DNA of 41,589 nucleotides from Selaginella moellendorffii (Eukaryota; Plantae; Lycopodiophyta): NCBI RefSeq assembly GCF_000143415.4, contig NW_003314344.1, positions 640,296 to 681,884 of the forward strand, read 5' to 3'. Shown piece by piece: positions 33,365 to 41,589 of this stretch (position 1 is its first letter; each line of letters starts with the position of its first letter). The notes under the pieces were generated by a model. It saw only the letters and a program-made list of their open reading frames with translations, ran no database searches and was not told where the DNA came from. The position numbers and the translations under genes were made by a program.

Positions 33365-35199
33365 CCCCCAAAGAACGTGCTGCTTCGATACCAATGAAAT
33401 GAACAAGAGAGCGAACCCTAGGCCAACCTCCCAACCCTTAAGGCGTTACGGCCTTAAATCCCACAGGCCATGGAATATTCTCGGAATATTCCAGTGGTTC
33501 ATTTTGCGTACTTGCGAATATAATTCCGCACCTAGGAAAGAAATTTTAAAATTTTGCATCGCTTATTAAAAAAAAAGGTACCTGACGATGAACTTCTGCG
33601 GCCTGACGAACTTCATTATATATGGGCTTCTCTAGCCTTTCCAATTCTCTTTTTTCTTCCGATGTTTCTCTCCAGAGGTTGCTGTCACGTAGAAGAACAC
33701 GAAGACCGCATAAATCATTAGTGAGGAAGTCAGTCGATTGTCTTACTCATCCTTGTAGTGCTGTATCTCTCCGACTGGAAACTCTCCGGATGGGAAGAGA
33801 TCAGCTACAGCCACTGATGGAGGATCTGCCTGCTCAGTCGCTGCTTTCTTCTTCCTGATAAAATGTTTAAGCATCAGTAAACAAACACCCCAGTGTAGTG
33901 ATTTAACGTACTTGGGTTTCTTCTTCTTCTTCTTTGTTGCTTCAGCTGAAAGCGAAGAGAAAGTGAAAAAGGAATGAGTTCGGAGCTTTCCTTACTGGAT
34001 TCATTTTCGGGCTGATTCTCATCTTCGTCGTCTTCCTTATCACCAGCTAGAGCAGCGACAACGGCAGCAGCACCGCTCTTCTTCTTCTTTTTCTTGGCTG
34101 CGATGGCATCCTGCGCCAAAATATCGCATCAAAATCCAAGAAACAACGCACAGGATTTGGCATACCGGTCCAGCGCCTGGATCCACGACCTCCTCAGCAG
34201 CATCGTCTGGCGCATTCTCATCCCCCATTGCCGGTCTAAAACCTAAGATTGAGGTCAACAATATCTCGCTTGAAACAAGGTGTTTGTATGAGCCACGGCA
34301 AAGCACCCGCATTTCTCTCTCATGACCGTTGCCATTAGAAATGACGAAAGAAGGCATCAACGGCCGGGATTCGGGACGGACCGGGACGGACCGCCGCGAT
34401 GCTGCCAAGTCGACAAAAGCGACGCTCTTAGCGAGGGATTAGGGTATTGGCGCAGGGCTAGCGTGGGAGCGCCGAGGCTTCGGTACCGCCGGAGCTCTGT
34501 TTTTTCGTCGGCATTCCATTGCCATCTCGAGCGATCACTCGCTGGATCAAGAAATGGCTCCGATCGTCTGCTTGCGCATCGAAAGTACTCTCTGAGTCTC
34601 ACATTGCCCGGATTCTTGGGGATTCAGGGTTTTGCTTGATCCTGGGGGGGATTTTAATGGGACATGGCAATGCTGGTGCGCTGGAGCTTGAAAAGCAGGC
34701 AGGATTCAGGGGAAGATAGTTCTCGGCGATTTTAGGACAGGTGTAATCTTGCAGCCATGGACGATGTTGCGATCATTCGGGAGATTTTGACTGTCACCCA
34801 TGTACCAGTCGTAGCGCAGTTGCAGTGGAGAAACTGCAAAGTCTTTTGCGATCGACTCACAGCTCATGTAAGTTGTAGCTCTATTGAGAACAGAGGAGAG
34901 AAATTGATTTTAACCATCGCTACCACAGACAGCACGGCTTGAGAAAGCTGAGGAGCTCGCCAAAAATTTTCAAGCTTTCAAGGAGGGGATTTACGAAGTC
35001 TGGTATGAAATTTGACCCGTTTTCTTTTCTGTTTTTTCTTTCCCTGACGCGACGCAATGCAGTAAAAACACGGCTAAAGAGTGCAAAGATTTCACCGAGG
35101 TCGAGGTCCAAAAGCAGGCTGAGAAGCTCGATACGCATGTTAAAGTCACCGGAGATCGTATCAACGCTGTTCAAAAAGGCTATGCTTCGTACTTGGTGA

Positions 35200-35601
35200 G
35201 TGGAACTTGACAGAAGCTTTCATTGCAAGATGGAAGAAAATTCCGTAAACATCAAGACAGTGACTGGGGATTTGGCAGAATTGAAGGCAGCCGTCGAGTC
35301 TCTTCCCAAAAGAGTTGAAGATTTAGAGGGAGGAGTCCAGAACTTGACTGCGGTCAGTTCAGAGCTGCAAACCAAAGTCAAGGAGCCGGACGAAACAATA
35401 AGGAAACAGGGTGAAAACTTCCAGTCACAGTTTGAGCAGCATGTAGTGGAAATGACGGGGCCAGTGCGAGTTATGACAGAAGAAATAGAGTTTTTACAAG
35501 CTGATGTTCTGGACCAGTGGAAGGCTGCAAAGTTTGGAAAATCAAGTATTCACGGGTACAACGGGGTTACTGCTTCAGGTAAACTATGTTGTTGCGGGTA
35601 A
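35200..35601 (+). other. Short coiled-coil ORF fragment, possibly retroelement ORF1/gag N-terminus
   Basis: Heptad-like LAELKAAVESLPKRVEDLEGGVQNL; ends at the junction with the opposite-strand gag. Confidence 0.3.
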
Positions 35602-37660
35602 ACTATGTTGTTGTTGGGCAGGCAGGCCTAATCGAGGAGGACCTGGTTGTGCTTGATCCTGCCGCTGCCCCTGTCGGTTCGGGTTGTAAGTGGGGCGATA
35701 GTATTGGTATCCACCTTGGTTGTAGCTGCCTTGTCGATTGTAGAAATCACGATTGTTGTAATTGTAGTCGCGGTTGTTGTAGTAGTTGTAATCGCGAGGA
35801 GGTCTGTTGTAGCGATCATCCTGATAGTAGTCGCGACGAGGTGGGCCATTCCATGGACGTGGATAGTAGTTTTGCCGAGGTGGTGGTCCTCTCCACTCGT
35901 TCTTGTACGGCGGTGGTGGACCTTGCTGGTAATACATGCGACGGTCGTTGAAACCCATTTGTCGAGGTGGTCGAGGAGGAGGAGGTTGAAAAGTAGGAAC
36001 TAGATTAACTTGAGGGGCTGGGTTAGAACGGTATGCCTTTGCATCATGACCATTTGTCCTGCAACGTTGACATGTAGCAAGTTGAAGCTTGCATTGATGA
36101 GCTGAGTGTCCCTCATTCTTGCAAGTTGTGCACCATACGCCTGTGCGTAGATTGGATTCGTCAGCAAGAGCTTCGGCATTGAGCTTCTTGACAAGCCTGT
36201 CCTGTTTAGTGTCCTCCTTCAACCGTCTGTGTGAGGGAGTGTCATCATCATCACTACTGGTGTCGCCATCGCCAAAGCTGGCGTTTTTCTTGCGGAGTTC
36301 CACCGTCGTCATACGGTCAGCGACATCGGTGTACTTGGTTTCCGCAAGGAAGGCTGCCGCCTTGCGAAGACTCTTGCGAAGGCCTTGAATGTACCATCGT
36401 GTAAGAAGACTATCGATTGGTTTCGTTGGAAGTTTGTTGACGTATTTGGTGTAGCGAATGCTGTAGTCGGAAACGTCTTCATTCGATTTCTGCCTGAACT
36501 CGGTTTGGAAGTCTTGGTAGAGTTCATCAATGATCCTGGATGATGGTTGCTGGCTGTACCAGTCCAAGGCACGTCCTTTGAGTGTGTAGCCGAAAATGTT
36601 GCGGGCGTTGTGTTCATCGCCATTGGTGACGACAACTCCTTTGAAGAAATGTACGTGTTTCTCTGGATTTTCATCCCGAAGACCACTGAATGCGGGGTAG
36701 GAGATGACTTTGCCAATGGCAGTACCGGGTATATAGAGTGTCATCGTGCCTAATCGTGGGGAAGGAGGTTGTATTTCACCAAAAAGAGCTGCTAGATCGC
36801 TGCCTGAAACTTGTGTGTCGAGGCCAGAAGAATGAGTCTTGGCCTGATGTTGAAGGTGTGCCTGATTGTTGTCAGGCAAAGGTTGATTGTCAGGCGAGTC
36901 TTGAATGTAGAGCAAAGGTCGTAAATCAGGCACTGCCTGATAGTCGCCGAAGATACTGTCTGGCTCGGGTGTTGATGGAGAATTGTGGTGATGATCTAAT
37001 GTAAATGTTGTTGGCGATTCGTGGTCGCGATGATTGAAAAAGTCCAATGCTATGTCGGAAGTGGTCTGGTTGCTGGGGTTGCCTAAGAGTTGTGTCCTCC
37101 AATTGCTGATGACGTTACTCCACTCAATACTATGAGCGAAGCGATTTTGTTGTAATTCAGCGTCGGCACTGGGCAGTAACAGGTGCTGATGAAGGTTTTG
37201 AGTAGGCAGAAGGCTGTGCTGGTGCACTCAGTGAAGGATGAATTGCCAATTGTGGTGTGTGCCAGGTCGAAGTCTCTGGCTGTCGTTGCTCTTGATGAAT
37301 TGTTTGCTGGGGCGGCGGTGTAGTAACCGTCACGGAGTCAAACGGGCTCGGTGGAGTCTCTCTTGGAGGTGTTTGATAAGCGAAGTAACTGTTGATCAAG
37401 TCTTCGATGTGTGCAGCATTGTCGGTTGATAGTTGCCACCGTAAAAGCTGCCTGATTTCAAGTTCTCATTGGGTTGGGGGTATGTTTCGTCCCTCGTTGC
37501 TCCCGCGTGTGCTCGAGGTTGCGGAGCTCCTGGGCAAAGTATCTCTGGGAACGCTCTATGTTCTGTATCCTCTTTGTCTGGATGTCGTGTCCATACATAC
37601 GATCATGTGTCGCATGCTGCTTGTCAACGGTTGATGATGGTTGGTGATGTAAATTCAAGT
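35584..37660 (-). mobile_element. gag: Gag-only retrotransposon fragment (547-aa ORF 35584-37227 plus frameshifted upstream pieces)
   Basis: YPAFSG.RDENPEKH, LKGRALDWY, WYIQGLR, knuckles CTTCKNEGHSAHQC and CQRCRTNGHDAKAY, and a Pro/Tyr/Asn-rich tail. No pol or LTR recognised. Confidence 0.75.
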
Positions 37661-38619
37661 ATTAATTAAAAGAAAAACAAATCAGGGAAAATCAGGCAGA
37701 GGAAGGAATTCCTGCTTGACATCCTGGCAAGATGGAGTAGAAACTGATGCATTCGTTGCAAGGAGAATGCGCCTTCGTTAGCTCTGCTGGGAAGACTGGG
37801 CTACAAACTCGCCACATCAAGCCTGAGCATCGTCAGCAAGTGCAGCTTGTTGCAGACATATTGGACCTCCGCGTTTCTCACATACTTCTGCTAGTATGAT
37901 CTTGTCAGTTATGTACGTCGAGCTCAACAACAACAAACCCCCTAAACCTCGCAGCGTATCTTCACACCAAGCTTCATGTTACGCTTTGCGAGCTCTACAA
38001 CAAGTAGAAGGATCACAAGCCTGCTTCAACTCGAATTTTTCTGATTCTACAGCGACTTCATCAATACAATCTTCTGCAAAATCTCGTTTTGCATCGACTG
38101 CCTCTACAGATTGCTGTTGTGAATCCTGATGGCAGCTTTACCGTCGTTGCCCCTTCGCCATCATCTTCGACACGTCGCCGCAAGGAGCGCATGAAGAAGG
38201 CACAGGAAGATCCTCTGCTATCAAAAGCCCGCGAAGCCAGGCAGCACTGACGACCAACGTCTCCAGTTGTCATCAAGCACGATGGCTCCGACAGCAAACC
38301 AATTCCTGCATCTCCATCAACTTCATCATAGCTTCACATGCACCCAAGCAGCACTCCTTCTGCCCCAACAATTCGTCAGGCAATGCCAGCATAGGCGCAG
38401 CAGCATCAAGTGCCTTGCCTAATGCCTGACCCAACGCCCACTCCGTCATTGAGCCCGGGTAGGTTTTGAGCTCATGAGCTCACGGCTTCTCAAACACAAG
38501 AAAAACATTGATTCGTCCCGAACCAACATCTTTCCATTTTTTAAATTTTGATTTAATTTATATTTCCAAGTAAATTCGACCAATAAAATACAAATATAAA
38601 TATAGATCCGAATACTAAA

Positions 38620-41450
38620 AGCAATCTAAAAACACTTCTCAAGCTCCGCAACTGTAAGGCTTGCCTGGTGGATGTGATGGTCGATCTTAGGATCTTGGTT
38701 TAGTTCCTGCATAAAAATGTAATAGATGTGCTTGTAGGCTAACTATACCTTTCCCCTGTTCTCCCACTGTGTAAAATCTGGACAAGTATAGGATGGATTT
38801 TCGCACATTTTAACAATGTAGCTCGTACCCTTTGATGACTCAGTCACAATAATAAACTCCTTAGCCATAGCACTAATGTAGTTGGTCTTTGTGATTGTGC
38901 ACTTTAGCTCTTTTGCCAGCTTGATCTTCTCTTGTGCACCTTTTGAAATGGAAGACCTGTATTGTACAGCCTTCCCATTCCTAGCTGGTCGTGTATGCCG
39001 GTCTAGTGTTGATATTGGTGGCATAGCAGTACTAACAGTAACATTTGAGGAAGTCTTTAGCTTGAAACCTACTCTCTCCAAACTTTCAATCTCTTCTTTC
39101 AAAAGATTGCAACTTCGCTCAACTAGCCACTCCTCTGGCACAAAATCTGGCTTCAAAATAATTGAGCTGTGGATCCGGCTTGTATGAGTAACATCAGTTC
39201 CACAACAGTAAATCCAGCTTGACTGGTGGCCCTTCACTCCTAGATCTCGACAGCCCTAGAAACATGGCACTGCTGAAGAACTTGAAGCTGAGCGCACAAA
39301 AGTGAGACACTGACCTCGACTCCCAATCATTCCAGAGCAATGTGCATTGCTCTTGGCACTGACTCTTCGAATTGCCCAGTTGATACGAGAAACTGACTCA
39401 CGAGAAATAACCTTGTCAACCTCTGGCACTGGACTTACTTGTGTAACAATTGGCACCTCCTCCACCCCATGTTCCTTAGTTCTTTTCCAGTGTCGTGGAA
39501 CAGAATGGTAATCAAACTCTAGATGGTGAGAGCTAGAAGGAGTGATGTTTGACCCATCAAATATCTGTCGACACTTCATACGGGCTGTTCTCATGTCCCC
39601 AAGTGGTTCATAACTTGATTTCATAGGAGTTCCAGCAACAACTTCCTCCACCATCTTAGACATTGACCCTGCTGTTGGTGTTGTCCTTCTACCAACCCGC
39701 TCTTGAAGCCTGTCTAAGTTCGGACATGTACCAGCAAACCTTGCTTCCTGTGCAGCCAAAGCTTTTGATGACTGCTCAAGAGATCTAGTGAGGTCGGAGA
39801 GTGTAGCTTCATAGAGGGACATTTTTCCTTTCCCTGCTTCGGAAGCTCTCCAACTCCAATGTTTGCTCTCAGAGAGATTAATTGTTGGTGTAAGTGCAAT
39901 ATCATCAAGTGGTTGATCCTACAAAAAATGCAACATTTGAATGTGACAAGAAAGAAAATGAGAGAAAGCTTACATGGAGAGTATAATGACCCCACTGAAA
40001 CATTTGAACTTCCCACCATGCAAGCCAGCATTCCATTTGTGGAAGGTTTTCAATTGGCACTTTGTCTCTTTCACGCCACCATATGCGCATTTCATTTGCC
40101 TTTGCCTTGTGCTCCTCTTTAGTTGGTGCATCCATCCATTCCCAACAAAGCTGCTTGAACTCGTGATGGAAGGTAGACTTGATGCATCGGCAATGTTCAT
40201 TGACGCTCTTTGCCCAATGAAACTCACAACTCTTCTCTCTACCTTGTAATGGCTGATTTTTATCACCTTTGAATACTTGTCGTATAGCCAACCAGTTAGC
40301 ACCAGTTGCATCTGCCATGAAACCACGGAAGTTGGGTTTCTTCCCGGTTCGCTGTTCAACAACCTCGGACATACATGTCCAAAACACGGTTTGTGCTTGA
40401 AAATCTTGAACCTTGAATTCGGCTATAGCTATAGTCAAATTGCACTGCAACCTATTAAAGGAATGGTTATAATGTAAATCGGTATGGATCCTTAAAAAAT
40501 GAAAAGCCACTTACTTATGATCATAAACATGAGCTCCCATTGTTGACCAGCCTGAAACTCGTTCCATATGGTCAAAATGGATCCAAGAATTAGCCAAATC
40601 CCCATCTCTATCCATATCCATTTGTTGTACAAGGTCCACACCAGAAGTAGGACCAAGAGTAGACATCTTAAAGATGAAAGGGCGTTGATTGTTCGAAGTC
40701 ACTTGGCCAACGAATAAGCTCCCATGAATAAACTCATAGGGACATTTTCTCTTTAGCTCCAAAATCCCATCCAATCCAGATTGAAGCTTTCCATCTCGCC
40801 CTTCTCGCACCCAGTTCTTTATTCTACAAAAAAAAAGAGTGTTATTAGTGATAAAGTAGAGTTAAGTGTTAATTTTATACCTGTTTAAATTTGTCATAGG
40901 TTTTATATTTTGAAGTAGGTCCTTCAAGCTATTCTCTGTGAACTCTTTTTTGCTATCAGATTGTAGCAACATGTCCACCACATAGTCCTTTAGTACAGAC
41001 TGTTGAACACACTTTGGAGTTGCTGCACTTTTCTTCCTAGCCTTTGTAGTAACAGTAGTCTTCAAATTGTAAAAAGAATCACGGCGGATTCCTTCCTCGA
41101 TTGCATGTTGATGGTATCTAACATGCACTGCTGCTTTGCCTAAACATCCATCCCGTGTTATAGGAAGAAGGAAGCTCCTCACCTCTCATGTACTGGAACT
41201 CCTTCAATTCCAACCGTAATGATCGAGATTGCCAAAATGCCTTATCCACCACTTCAAAAACTGGTCCAGAAGGAACACACCTACTTGTCTGGGAAGCTAT
41301 GTCGGGAAGCTCATCTTCTTCATTTTCGTCACTGGAGAGAATAACAACTTCATCCTTCACTCCTTGCACAGTTGGCTGTGAAACTGATGCGCTCTCCTCT
41401 CCTCGCTTCGGAGATCCTGTAACTAGATCTCTTGACATGTACATCTATCA
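38620..41450 (-). mobile_element. Mutator-like (MULE) transposase gene relic with C-terminal SWIM zinc finger
   Basis: FRGFMADATGANWLAIRQVF...SCEFHWAKSV (MULE D...C..H motif), YIVKMCENPSYTCPDF and KHIYYIF across a short intron. Stops and degenerate SWIM cysteines. TIRs not seen. Confidence 0.75.
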
Positions 41451-41589
41451 AGATCCCATTGATCCCATTCTCTCCCACACCACTGTCGAGAAGAATAGAT
41501 TTTTCTATCATGATAATGGCATATTGCTCTACTTGTTATTACCCGCCCCTAGCAACTGCCGTCTTTCCTTCTTTTTTTTACCCTTTTTT

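Larger units (their letters stand above)
30197..33502 (-). mobile_element. Non-autonomous chromovirus (Ty3/gypsy) derivative: partial 5' LTR, PBS, gag, deleted PR-RT, broken RNase H, integrase-chromodomain, PPT, full 3' LTR
   Basis: Partial LTR 33395-33502; PBS TGGTATCGAAGC at 33393-33382; PPT GAGGAAGGGGAGAAT; 353-bp LTR 30549-30197 (TGA...TCA). Confidence 0.92.

Noticed and set aside
34920-35174. GDFN motif as LINE endonuclease
   Set aside because: No other APE motifs nearby; probably chance.
37690-38480. GC-balanced coding-like segment as MULE-captured cargo
   Set aside because: Frames are broken, the family is unrecognised, and no TIR or TSD places it inside the MULE.

Overview
Eukaryotic plant genomic DNA. 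Short GT-AG introns, compact gene spacing and PLS-class PPR genes with long L-motif insertions suggest a lycophyte such as Selaginella; this is an inference. GC-rich gene islands alternate with AT-rich decayed-transposon blocks. Main contents: a young full-length Ty3/gypsy LTR retrotransposon (5546-10553) with a GGGAAAC slippery site plus predicted pseudoknot, and an older decayed copy of the same family just upstream; an intron-containing tRNA-Met; a coiled-coil orphan ORF; an F-box pseudogene; a PLS PPR gene; a 7-exon cysteine-rich receptor kinase and a truncated duplicate carrying a MITE; a possible Crinkler/REase-like relic; an AT-rich secreted bulb-lectin chimera; a MetAP2 pseudogene split by a chromovirus derivative; a gag-only fragment; and a MULE/SWIM transposase relic. 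The most unusual signal is two separate insertions (3581-3997 and 30197-33502) that lack target-site duplications and start at almost the same internal point of one LTR family. One of them is fused through the PBS to a different TRIM-like element. Both look like captured reverse-transcription intermediates.
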